The position numbers were made by a program, and so were the translations under genes. Of a DNA stretch of 64,000 nucleotides, positions 29,317 through 39,163 are shown one piece after another (the stretch's first letter is position 1; each line of letters starts with the position of its first letter). The DNA comes from Desulfatiglandales bacterium (GTDB lineage: Bacteria; Desulfobacterota; DSM-4660; Desulfatiglandales; Desulfatiglandaceae), in assembly GCA_963662465.1 (NCBI GenBank), contig OY759599.1:4064001-4128000 (forward strand), read 5' to 3'. The notes under the pieces are model-generated. The model was given only the letters and a program-made list of their open reading frames with translations. It was not told the DNA's origin and ran no database searches.

Positions 29317-30923
29317 ACCGGAAACGCACCTTTCTGATTGTCTTTATGCTGGTGTTTCCATGGGGCGGCAGCCTTTTCGGCGGACAATGCCCCCAGGAGA
29401 TGCCCCCCATGAACCCGGACCTTCACAAGTGCATGGTTAAGGCTGAAAAACTGATGGACCGGGGCCGGAACACGGAAGCCCTGACCCTGTTGGATTGTTA
29501 TGCTCGGGAAAACCCTTCTCAAAAACATCCTCATCCGGTTTTTGTCAGAGGACTTTTGAATTACCGGCTCAAACGGCTGAAAAAAGCAGAGGCCCTTTTC
29601 AAAACCGCCGTAGACCGTAACCCCTGCTTCGTTGAAGCCTGGCAAAACCTGGCGGTGGTGTACCATGACCAAAAACGACCAACCCGGGCCGCAAAATCAA
29701 TGGAACGGGTGCTGACCTTGTCAAAGGGTGAACAGCCGGATTTGAAATACCAGGCCGCCCTGTGCTGGCTGGCAGCGGACAAACCCGGAAAAGCCCTTCC
29801 CCTGCTTCAAGCCTTATCCCGGAAGAAATCGCCGCGTCCTGAATGGTTGACCAGTCTGGCGGAAGCCCAAAAAGCCCTTGGGCAGACGAAAAATGCGGCC
29901 ATGACCCTTGAAAAAGCCTACCGCAACGACCATGATCCTGAACGCCTTTACCAGGCAGCCCTGCTTGATTTGAAGGCGAAAGCGCCGGAAAAAGCGCTGC
30001 CTTCCCTGAAGAAACTGGCGGCAAGCCCCCACCCTGACGCTAAATGGATCATTCTTCTAGCGCTGACCTTAGACCAGCTGGACCACTGTTCCGAGGCCAT
30101 GGAGGTCATGGAAAGGACAGAGGTCAACAACCCGTCCCTGCCGGTTGAAATGCGCTTTCAGGTGGGGATCTTCTGGTTGAAGCGTGAGCGTCCCAAACAG
30201 GCCCTGCCCTGGCTCGAAGCTGTTTTTAAGGGTCCCAATCCCCCCGAAGGCGCCCGACGGGCTTATATCCGGGCACTGGTTTTGGCCGGAAAACCCCATC
30301 AGGCCGACCCCTTGCTTGGCGCCCTGTTAAAAGAAAACCCGGAGGACCATGGCATCTGGCGTCTTGCCGCATGGATATATATGGAACAGAAAGATTATCC
30401 CCGTGCCGCCGCCGCCCTCCACGTAGCCTATCGCCTTAATCCTCCGAACCCCGGCGAGTGGAAACGCCTGGGAGACCTGTATCAGCTTTCCGGCGTTCCC
30501 ATGAAGGCCGTCGACGCTTACGAAAAAGCCTTTGGTCCATCGCCGGGAGCAAGGGACCTGGATTTACTGGCCGAAACCTATATCGCGGCGAACCGGATGG
30601 AAAAGGCCCTTGCCGCGGCAGAGCGTGCCGTACGCTTGAAACCCACGGCGAAACGCTGGGCCAAAGTGGGAGACCTCTGCCTGAAATGCAGGGAGTGCCG
30701 CAAGGCAAAATCCGCCTTTCAACAGGCAGCGAAAATTAACGACAGGGGTGGGCTGATGAGCTTAAAGGAAGGATACGCCGCCTGGCAGTTGCAGGAGATG
30801 GCATGTGCGAAAAATGCCTTTCAAAAGGCGCTTCAGCACGCGGAGCCGAAAGGCGACACGGCTCTGAAAGCGTCCCATGCACTGGCGGCTATCCGGAAAA
30901 TCACGGATACAGCGCAAAATTGA
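29310..30923 (+). CDS. Exported TPR protein (copy 2)
   Basis: Close paralog of 14324-15937. Confidence 0.85.
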   Translation: MVNRKRTFLIVFMLVFPWGGSLFGGQCPQEMPPMNPDLHKCMVKAEKLMDRGRNTEALTLLDCYARENPSQKHPHPVFVRGLLNYRLKRLKKAEALFKTAVDRNPCFVEAWQNLAVVYHDQKRPTRAAKSMERVLTLSKGEQPDLKYQAALCWLAADKPGKALPLLQALSRKKSPRPEWLTSLAEAQKALGQTKNAAMTLEKAYRNDHDPERLYQAALLDLKAKAPEKALPSLKKLAASPHPDAKWIILLALTLDQLDHCSEAMEVMERTEVNNPSLPVEMRFQVGIFWLKRERPKQALPWLEAVFKGPNPPEGARRAYIRALVLAGKPHQADPLLGALLKENPEDHGIWRLAAWIYMEQKDYPRAAAALHVAYRLNPPNPGEWKRLGDLYQLSGVPMKAVDAYEKAFGPSPGARDLDLLAETYIAANRMEKALAAAERAVRLKPTAKRWAKVGDLCLKCRECRKAKSAFQQAAKINDRGGLMSLKEGYAAWQLQEMACAKNAFQKALQHAEPKGDTALKASHALAAIRKITDTAQN

Positions 30924-31003
30924 GTTCGGTGGTATTTCATCTTCGTAAAACCGGTTGTGAGGGCATCCGTCCCACTTGATTACGGTATCTTTGGAAAAGG
31001 GAA

Positions 31004-32356
31004 ATGGCACGAGAAGAGCTTCAACGAGAATTCGGGCTGTCAACAGCCACCTATGTGGTCATCGCCAGTATGATCGGAACCGGGATTCTGGTTTCCCCCG
31101 GGTACATGATGGCGTCTCTCGGGAATTACCCCGTTATATTCGGGCTTTGGGCCATCGGCGGGTTGCTGGCCCTTTGCGGGGCACTTTGCGTGGCGGAATT
31201 GGCGGCCGCCCTGCCGCGGGCGGGTGGGGAGTACGTTTACCTTCGTGAAGCATACGGTCCCATGCCCGCTTTTCTCTCCGGTTGGACGTCTTTTTTTGTC
31301 GGTTTCTCAGCGCCCCTGGCTGTTGCCGGCTACGTTGCGGCTTCATACCTTTTGACGCCGTTTCAGTTCGCTAAAGACGAAACAGAACAAATGATCAAGG
31401 TGGTGGCCGTCGGCATTATCGTTGCAGTTACGTTGCCCAATCTCCTGGGTCACCGTCAGTCCGCCTAGACACAAAACCTCACGACAATTCTCAAGCTGGG
31501 TCTGTTTGTGGTTCTGGTGGCGGCCGCGTTTTTATGTGGCGATGGGCGCCTGGCGGCGCATATTTCACTGGGGCAGCCAATGGAAAAGGTGGGGCTGGAG
31601 ACTGCGGCAACACAGTTGTTCTATGTCATGTTTGCTTACAGCGGTTGGAACGCTGCCAGCTATATGGCCGGCGAGGTGAAAAATCCCGCGAAAACCCTCC
31701 CGCGGTCACTGCTTCTGGGCACCGGGGTTGTCATTGTGCTATATTTAGCGCTCAACCTTGTTTTTGCCTATGCGGTTCCTCTGGCCGGGGTGGGATTTGA
31801 CAATGCGGAACAGGTCCCCCAGATGGCCGTCCGAAATTTATTTGGCGTAAAGGCCGCGAGTGTTTTCAACGTTATGCTGGGATTGACGTTTCTGGCTACG
31901 GTGAACGCTTTCATTATCACCGGTCCCCGGATCTACTATGCCATGGCAAAAGATGGATTGTTCCCATCATTGGCGGGGCATGTCAGTCCCAAAGGGCGGG
32001 TCCCCGTCTATGCGATGATCTCGCAGAGCATCTGCGCCATCACTATTTTGTTCGTGACGGATTTTCAGAACCTGTACCGGTATACCTCGGTGGGATTATC
32101 GGTTTTTGCATTGCTTATGATCGCCGCCGTCTACGTCCTCAGGTGGCGCCGGCCGGATATGGAAAGGCCGTTTCGTTTGCCCGGATATCCGGTTGTTCCG
32201 GCGATCTTCCTGGCGGTAATTCTCTTCATGACGGTGTTCGCATTCAAGCAGTGGCCAAAGCCATCGGCTTATAGCATCGGCAGTATCCTTGCCGGTATCC
32301 CGGTGTATTACGCATGGTCCTTCTATGTTCGCCATTTCGCAAGCCCTGCTCGATGA
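31004..32356 (+). pseudogene. APC amino-acid permease with nonsense mutation
   Basis: TAG at 31466-31468 where the intact paralog has TGG (Trp). Confidence 0.85.
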
Positions 32357-32367
32357 TTTTAACCACT

Positions 32368-33081
32368 TCAATAAACATGGGGGTGTTTTGACGCCTGATG
32401 TTTATGGAAATGGCTGTGCAGCGTTCCGGCCGCGCCGTTATAGGCAATTTTTCCGGCCGTCATACTGTAGATTTTCCGGGTGGTTTCCTCCAGAAAATCG
32501 TATTCGTGGGAGACGATGACATAGCTGATGTCGAGACGGTTCAAGAGAGAGGCGATGATGCTCCGGGCCTCTTCATCCAGGCCGGTGGTGGGTTCATCCA
32601 GCAGGAGCGCTTTCGGCTGCATGACCAGAACCGTTGCCAGGGAGACGAGCTTTTTTTCGCCGCCCGAGAGCCTGTGGGTAACGCGGTTTTCAAATCCATT
32701 CAGGTTCAGCATTTCGAGGGTTTCCATGGCCATTGCGCGAGCCTCTTTGGGCGTTTTTCCCAGGTTGAGTGGGCCGAAAGCCACGTCTTCCAGTACGGTG
32801 GGACAAAAAAGCTGATCATCGGCATTCTGAAAAAGAAAACCGATCGTACGCCTGACTGACAGAAAATCTTTTTTACTTTCCACCGTTTTTCCCAAAACCC
32901 GGATACTTCCGGATGAAGGTTTGAGAAGCCCCATGATGACATGCAGCAGCGTGGTTTTGCCGCTGCCGTTATACCCGATCAACCCCACTTTTTCTTCTTC
33001 GGGAAGGGAGAATTTCAGGTTATTCAGTACCGGTTTGTCTTTTTCATAGGAAAAGCAGATGTTATCCAGTTCGAGAATCAT
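32368..33081 (-). CDS. cbiO: CbiO/NikO (copy 2)
   Basis: Paralog of copy 1. Confidence 0.9.
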   Translation of the reverse strand: MILELDNICFSYEKDKPVLNNLKFSLPEEEKVGLIGYNGSGKTTLLHVIMGLLKPSSGSIRVLGKTVESKKDFLSVRRTIGFLFQNADDQLFCPTVLEDVAFGPLNLGKTPKEARAMAMETLEMLNLNGFENRVTHRLSGGEKKLVSLATVLVMQPKALLLDEPTTGLDEEARSIIASLLNRLDISYVIVSHEYDFLEETTRKIYSMTAGKIAYNGAAGTLHSHFHKHQASKHPHVY

Positions 33082-33836
33082 TATAAATGCACCCATTCAA
33101 GGATTAGTATGCCCAATAGGGTCGTGATGGTGCAGAACAGCCAGATAAAGTCCGACCGAGACCGGGAAAATTCGGAAAGGGAATGGAATTTCCCGTTGAA
33201 TCTGCGGCAAAGCATGGCCATATACACCCGCTCGGCCCGCTCCGAGGCCCGCACGAAAAGCATCCCCACAAGATAGGCGAATGTCCTGTAGGTGTGCAGC
33301 CGAGTGGACGGTTGAAACCCGCGGATCGCCGCTGATCGGACCAGCCGGTGATATTCCTCTTCCATGACGAAGATATATCGGTAGTTCAGCAGCAGGAGAT
33401 GTACCATCTTTTGCGGAACACCCAACCCGCCGAGAGCAGCCCCCAGGCTTGCAACGGAACTGGTGGCGATCAGCGCAATAAATACCAGCAGAATGGCATT
33501 GCTCTTGAGCATGATTCGGGCCGCAATCAAAACCCCCTCATGGGTTGCTGTGAGGGGTCCCAGGAAAAAAATGGGTTGGCCGGGGTAGGTAAAGGGGATC
33601 ACAAACCAGAAGAAGAGAACAAAACCGTTTACCAGCGCAATCCGTTTCCCCACTTCCCACAGGGGCAACCGGGAGGCGCCCAGGAGGACAAAGGAAAAGG
33701 CGAGGCCCAGAAAAAGGGCGGGGAATCGGTTTGAAAGGGCCACGGCAAAGGCATAGAGTGTTGCCATGACAATCTTGAAGCGGGGGTCGAGGCCGTGGAT
33801 GGGACTGGTGCCGTGCGCAAAGGGTTCCTGCAACAT
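33081..33836 (-). CDS. cbiQ: CbiQ (copy 2)
   Basis: Paralog of copy 1; start MLQEPF. Confidence 0.9.
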   Translation of the reverse strand: MLQEPFAHGTSPIHGLDPRFKIVMATLYAFAVALSNRFPALFLGLAFSFVLLGASRLPLWEVGKRIALVNGFVLFFWFVIPFTYPGQPIFFLGPLTATHEGVLIAARIMLKSNAILLVFIALIATSSVASLGAALGGLGVPQKMVHLLLLNYRYIFVMEEEYHRLVRSAAIRGFQPSTRLHTYRTFAYLVGMLFVRASERAERVYMAMLCRRFNGKFHSLSEFSRSRSDFIWLFCTITTLLGILILEWVHL

Positions 33837-33843
33837 AAATCCG

Positions 33844-34237
33844 TCAGCCTTTCTTGCGTGCGTCCATTTCACGGGTCTTGCGGCGAAAGTGGATATAAGC
33901 GGCCAAGCCCAACAAACCCAAAATATAGCCGATGCCGCCCAAAATATCGTGGAGGGTGGGCGCTTTGTCCCGGGATTCCGCAAACATTTTGAGTACCGGT
34001 CCGAGCCTTCGATCCAGGGATTGGTCCAGAACGTCGCGCATTTGATCCAGGTTAACGGTGGATGCTTCAATTGAATTTGCTTTCCGTGTGAACGGTATCA
34101 CCTTCCACCCATGCGAATATGTTTACCCTGTGGGCCATTGCGGAAGCTGACCAGAGCAGGCAAAGTATGAAAAGACATGCCGAAACAAAAATAATTTTCC
34201 GGCATTGAATAGGATCAAATCTCAAGAATGTTTTCAT
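33844..34237 (-). pseudogene. NikL/CbiL-like gene, same deletion as copy 1
   Basis: N-part ends ESKFN*; C-part lies in another frame. Confidence 0.7.
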
Positions 34238-34246
34238 GATCTCCTT

Positions 34247-34852
34247 TCATGGGGCATCCACTGACAGCATTTCAGGTTGTACTTTTTTCAAAAATGCCAC
34301 ACAGAAAGTGGTGATGATCCCTTCGATGATCATTACGGGAAGATGTGCCGTCACCACCAGATAGGAGACTTTTAAAAAATTTTCCTCGGTGAAGGTCAGG
34401 GCCAAACCCACCATGACGGCGCCCAAAAAGACGGAAAGCGATCCGCACAAAAAAGCCGCCGGCAAGGCAATGCGAGGCCCCTTTCCCACGAGCTTACCGA
34501 ATAGATAATAACATAAAACGGCGGGCAGGGCCATGATCAGGGTGTTGACCCCGAGGGTCGTGATGCCGCCGAACTGAAAGAAAACGGCCTGGAGCGCCAA
34601 CGCCACAAGGATGACGGGAAAAGCCCCCCAGCCGAGAATAAGGCCCACAATCCCGTTCAGAATCAAATGAACACTGGAGGGACCGATGGGAACGTGAATC
34701 AGGGAGGCTACAAAAAATGATGCGGAAAGAATCGCGGCACGCGGGATGCGGTCGTAATTCAGTTTCTTAAGCCCTATGGCAGTGCCGGCAGCGGCCAGCA
34801 CAATGCCCGAAATAATCACCGGCCCGGACAGGACGCCTTCGGAAATATGCAT
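34247..34852 (-). CDS. cbiM: CbiM/NikM (copy 2)
   Basis: MHISEG start. Confidence 0.95.
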   Translation of the reverse strand: MHISEGVLSGPVIISGIVLAAAGTAIGLKKLNYDRIPRAAILSASFFVASLIHVPIGPSSVHLILNGIVGLILGWGAFPVILVALALQAVFFQFGGITTLGVNTLIMALPAVLCYYLFGKLVGKGPRIALPAAFLCGSLSVFLGAVMVGLALTFTEENFLKVSYLVVTAHLPVMIIEGIITTFCVAFLKKVQPEMLSVDAP

Positions 34853-34973
34853 GATATGCCTTTCATAATAATTAGAGAGAAGCAAAGTCATTTGGTCAAA
34901 ACCGAGACCCTACGACTTTGCTTCTCATAAGGCCCAGGAGGAGAGAGAGTTTTGGACCGTTTGTCAAAAAATT

Positions 34974-36113
34974 TTAGAATTCCGCGGTTGCCCGCAGACC
35001 GAAAATCCAGCCACTCGGGCTGTCGCCCTCTTTCATGGAATCCTTCATGTACTGAACATCTCCCGTAATGGCGAAGATATCATTCAAGGCAAAGCGACCG
35101 TAAACCTCGAATACGTCCGTGTGGTCAAGTTCCAGATTTCCGCCCCTCAAATGGGCGTAACCGATTCCGACATTGTCGTTTTCACGGCCCCACAGATTGC
35201 CGCCGATGTTCAACCCACCGGAATAGAGATCCTTGCAGTTAAGGGCCGCCTCATCGTCCAGTTGCCAGCCGAAACGGATCCACGCCCCCAGGATCTCCCC
35301 AAGTTGCTGATCAAAGGAGATCATGGTACAGCTCATCCGTTCCTTATTGGTGCCTGCCACATTGCTGAAATCACTGCTGGTGGTGTCCACGAGCAAACGG
35401 TAGTTTCCTTCACCCAGTCCGAAGTCCACCTTGTAACCCAGCTGGATTCCGTAAAAGTTGTAGGGTTCTTCGAATTCCCCTTCTTCGTCGTTGGTTCCCA
35501 TTGCCATCACCGCGCCTTTCACGGAAAACGCGCCGATTTCCCATTCCACGGCGCCGCCGATATCGTAGGAGGGCAGAAAGGCATTGGGGCCGTTCACCAG
35601 GGCTTCGTTCATGAACTGGGTAAATTCGTCGTTGGAAAAAGCGTTTTCATCCAGGTAATCCGTTGCGTCGATGATGCCGCCGGTGAGTCCCAGGGAGTGG
35701 TTTTCGCTGAAGGTGAAAGTGTGCTTATACCAAACCGTGAGCAGGTAGTCGCGATTTCGGCCGTTGATGTCTTTATAATCGTCTTGTACGTCCGCGGCCC
35801 ATGGCGCCAGAAAAAAAGGGGATCGCCCTTCTTCCATCAAACCGTTCCCGGCGCCGAATCCGAACTTGGCAAAGACCTCGTCGCTGTCGGTGGGTGTGAA
35901 ACTGATCTCCGGTTGAAAGACCATGGCGCCCCTGCCCTCGGATTCAAACCCTTCGGCATCGCTTAAGTCCTGATATTGCCATTCACCGGCGATAATACCG
36001 CCGATTGATAATTTATCGTTAATCTCGTAAGCAAATGCATTGCTTGCACAAAACAGAAAAATCCCCAGCATTGCCGGCAGCAAAGTCCTGTTTGGCTTCT
36101 TGATGTTGTTCAT
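34974..36113 (-). CDS. OprB-like outer-membrane porin
   Basis: Signal peptide, DENAFSNDEFTQFMN, EVYGRF, D.QY, GLRATAEF C-terminus. Confidence 0.8.
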   Translation of the reverse strand: MNNIKKPNRTLLPAMLGIFLFCASNAFAYEINDKLSIGGIIAGEWQYQDLSDAEGFESEGRGAMVFQPEISFTPTDSDEVFAKFGFGAGNGLMEEGRSPFFLAPWAADVQDDYKDINGRNRDYLLTVWYKHTFTFSENHSLGLTGGIIDATDYLDENAFSNDEFTQFMNEALVNGPNAFLPSYDIGGAVEWEIGAFSVKGAVMAMGTNDEEGEFEEPYNFYGIQLGYKVDFGLGEGNYRLLVDTTSSDFSNVAGTNKERMSCTMISFDQQLGEILGAWIRFGWQLDDEAALNCKDLYSGGLNIGGNLWGRENDNVGIGYAHLRGGNLELDHTDVFEVYGRFALNDIFAITGDVQYMKDSMKEGDSPSGWIFGLRATAEF

Positions 36114-36139
36114 GTGTTCTTTCCTCCCCTACGGTTATG

Positions 36140-36916
36140 CTATTTTTCTTTCCAATCAAGGAATTTCACCCAGAGGACCGCCCCCAGTTCCACGTCTTTT
36201 TCCTGACCATCATGCTTGATTTTTTCGTTCGAGGTGTTCAAAGCGGCAAATCCCCACCAGCCCGCTTTTGGCGCGGCATAGGTGAAAACGCCGTTTTGAT
36301 CCGCCTTGACGACTTGGGTGACCATGTATTCGGTAGGCGCTTCTACTTTCTTTTCCCGATTGTAATATTCGATCTCAACTTCGGCGAAGGGGACCGGTTT
36401 TCCATCCAGTTTCACGATTCCCTGAAAAACGTTTCCGGCATAGAGACCGAACGGCTTTGACAGGGGAACGATCTCGGTTTTGAGCCCGATTTCCCGGTCC
36501 CAGCCTTCATCATCCCCAAAAGCCGCGACAACGGTTTTCGTATAGTGAACGATGAAACAGTCTTCCGCCGGTTCCCAGTAGGGTTTGGGAACCATGTAGA
36601 ACATATAGATGCCGGGTCGTTTAACAGTGTAGTCAGCCTTCCAGGACATGTGTCCCATGACCTTTGTTTCTTTCAGATTACACAGAAGATTCTGTTTTTT
36701 TCCGTCCGTCATGACGCCGAATTCCTGGGGTTTTACCAGCGGCATGCCAACGCCTTCAAAAGGGTGGGAGAAAGACAAAATCAGTGAAACCGTCTTGGAA
36801 TCCCCCTGCATGATCATGCTATCCGACGGAATGAGCATTCCGAAGTGGGCCATGGCCATATGGCCCGTGAATAGAAAAGACAATCCCAATATCAGGCTAA
36901 ACAGATTTTTTTTCAT
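36140..36916 (-). CDS. DUF4198 periplasmic Ni/Co-uptake accessory protein
   Basis: [28 protein letters not shown]. Confidence 0.85.
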   Translation of the reverse strand: MKKNLFSLILGLSFLFTGHMAMAHFGMLIPSDSMIMQGDSKTVSLILSFSHPFEGVGMPLVKPQEFGVMTDGKKQNLLCNLKETKVMGHMSWKADYTVKRPGIYMFYMVPKPYWEPAEDCFIVHYTKTVVAAFGDDEGWDREIGLKTEIVPLSKPFGLYAGNVFQGIVKLDGKPVPFAEVEIEYYNREKKVEAPTEYMVTQVVKADQNGVFTYAAPKAGWWGFAALNTSNEKIKHDGQEKDVELGAVLWVKFLDWKEK

Positions 36917-37052
36917 TTTATGATGCCTCCGTTTATGTTCTCGCTTCAATTTATGATCATTTGCGGCCGCTCTCGAAGCGACCGTTTTGTTTTGAATCGA
37001 TCCGATCGGTTCGCCTCTCAACCCGCATGCGCATGCCTTGCTGAAAACAGCC

Positions 37053-37202
37053 AAAAAAAAAGCCAAAAAGGCGGCTTCGGGGGTACACCCGATCCAGCCT
37101 TCTTGGCTTTTTTGGTTTTTGCTTCAGGTTTATCTCAGATGTGTAATTTCGTATTGCACATGCTATCGAGTGCTGAATAAACTCTTATTGCCGGGTTGTC
37201 AA
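37053..37202 (-). promoter_or_regulatory. Promoter and structured leader of cbi operon copy 2
   Basis: TTGACA-17-TATTCA, ACGAA-loop hairpin at 37139-37161, GCCAAGAAGGC...GCCTTTTTGGC-U tract. Confidence 0.6.
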
Positions 37203-37242
37203 GATATTTTCCTAGGAAAGGAACGCACCACCACCCAAGATG

Positions 37243-39163
37243 CACGGTAAATTTGTTCTAACAGGTATCACGCTTGGGGCACTGAATTTTTGGTCATCTT
37301 GAGATAGTCGAAGACACCCCTTACGTTCTGCGTGAGCTGGCGCATTTTCTGGGCTACACTGCGAACGCCTTTCGCCTTAATGACGCCCACCGCGAATCTA
37401 CGCAGCCTGGTCATGTTTTCAGGACCATTGCCGGTTCTTATTCGGCTTCGATCTTCGTCGTAGTTCCAGTCGATGATGTAATGGCACTCGTTTTCAATGC
37501 TCCAGTGACCGCGATTGATAGAAAGTACACGTTCGGGATTCGCCTGATCAGGTGATTGACTCGTTATGCCGTAAGCAACCTCAACTGTGCATTTACCGGT
37601 TTTCTTGTTTGTAACTTCTCTCTGGATCATAAAAGCCTGGCCGACATACGGGAAATCCAGGTATAGGTTAAGTTCGGTAGTCGTCCATATTTTGCGCACT
37701 TCGATGCGACCATGATCGGGAGCATCGTGTTGTATGAAATCAGGATCGTTGCAGCCCTCAAAATACAGGGAAATGTCTTGAAGTAATGTGGGCTGGTTGT
37801 TTTTGGCGATGAAATGGTAATGGGCGTTGCGTTGCTCGACCAAATATTTAGCAAAAGTCCTTTGGGTTAGCAGTGCGTCAGCTGAAATGACTTTGCCTTC
37901 GATATCGATCGCGTCCAGTAAAGGGGCAGCCGTTTTGATTTCATTGGTTCGCTTGAGTTCGTCTTTGCCTTCTACAGGGAGAGAACCGACTTTTTTTGGG
38001 TGTAACAGGTCTTAGTTTGATGGCCGACAGCACTCATGATGTGAGTCTGATAACCTTGTTCATCGATGGCATTACACATGGTTTTTCCATCGATGGCCAA
38101 GCTTTCGTCCTGTTCACCGTAAAGCAGATTCCAACGCTGGAGAGCTTTGTCGAGTTCTGTGGGGTCAACGCGAACCAGAACATCACGGATAGTAGACTGA
38201 CTGGGAGCTACATAGCGCTTATTTTCATATCGGCAACGGAAACGCTCAAGGGCTTTTTGTCCAAGACCATTTACCCAATCGGATATCGCCAGATAACCGC
38301 GCATTCCGCACAGTGTTGCGGCGGTGGCAATGGCCAGAACAGTGGAGAGCCTGTGACGTCGTCCCTGGGATCGACGCGGGTCGGGAATTTGAGCAAAAAA
38401 GTCGGGTAGAGATTTCATATGTTCCGCACTGAGCATGATTTTGTAACCTCCTGTAAGATATGGTTTTTTGAGAACAGGTCGGGATAACAGTGCTTGAACA
38501 TTGGAAACCAATGGTTTAAGAAAAACCATTTTCGGTGAATCCGCTTTATCGCTGTAGCCTTGGCGAGTTCGATGAAAACCCTTTGTTTTACCAACATATA
38601 TCCAATTAGACGCTCGATATACGGTTCCGTGGAATTGCTTTGGGTCCACAAAGGTTTCCAGGAGTACAACCGGATGCCCGAAACGCTCCTGCCAATCAGC
38701 CTGCATTCGCTTCCGACATAATGAAAGGATACGGGATGCGAGATTCGGAATATGCCATTCGGGCAAAATTAGAAAACGACTGTTATTGGTTACCAGTTTC
38801 AGTCGATCGTATTGATGGCGAAAATTCCATCCGATCCAGCTGTCCCTTGGTGTACATTTCAAAGCGGGAGCAGAAAAACTGACAAGCGCAATCCACTCAC
38901 TATTTAGTCTAGCTGTATACCAGAGGGTTTCGCTGATCTTGGGAAGAGCGCCCAAATAATGATGCGACTGCATCAGATGCTGAAAGCGTTGTTCTTCAAG
39001 CGGGCGGACTATTTGAATGCGGACTTGCTTAACGTTCAAGAATTTAAACCCCGAATTGGTTTGGTGCCTGTCACAGTATATACACCATCCGAGGGTTTCT
39101 GTCCATAATGTAGCGCAACTTTTATATTTTATTTGGATAATTCGGAAGAATAAATTCACCCTG
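37243..39163 (-). mobile_element. ISAs1-family insertion sequence (1921 bp)
   Basis: IRs CAGGGTGAATTTATTCT / CACGGTAAATTTGTTCT; 10-bp TSD ACCCAAGATG (37233-42, 39164-73); empty site at 19900-19909. Confidence 0.92.
37268..39040 (-). CDS. DUF4338 + ISAs1 transposase, -1 frameshift at A-AAA-AAG (about 37990-37997); start approximate
   Basis: HHYLG, NNSRFLI, LETFVD; DPR, AIDGKT; after the shift NEI, ADAL, HGRIE.R, RGHWSIEN, EDRSRIR. Confidence 0.85.

Noticed and set aside
31466..31468. In-frame TAG in the permease as pyrrolysine
   Set aside because: The near-identical paralog has TGG (Trp), so a simple nonsense mutation explains it.
34067..34069. TGA after ESKFN in NikL-like copy 2 as Sec
   Set aside because: The frame closes a few codons later, copy 1 has GGA here, and the site is at a deletion junction.
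38440..39040. Druantia defence system
   Set aside because: The DUF4338/DruA-like domain lies inside IS ends and is fused to the transposase; no other dru genes are present.
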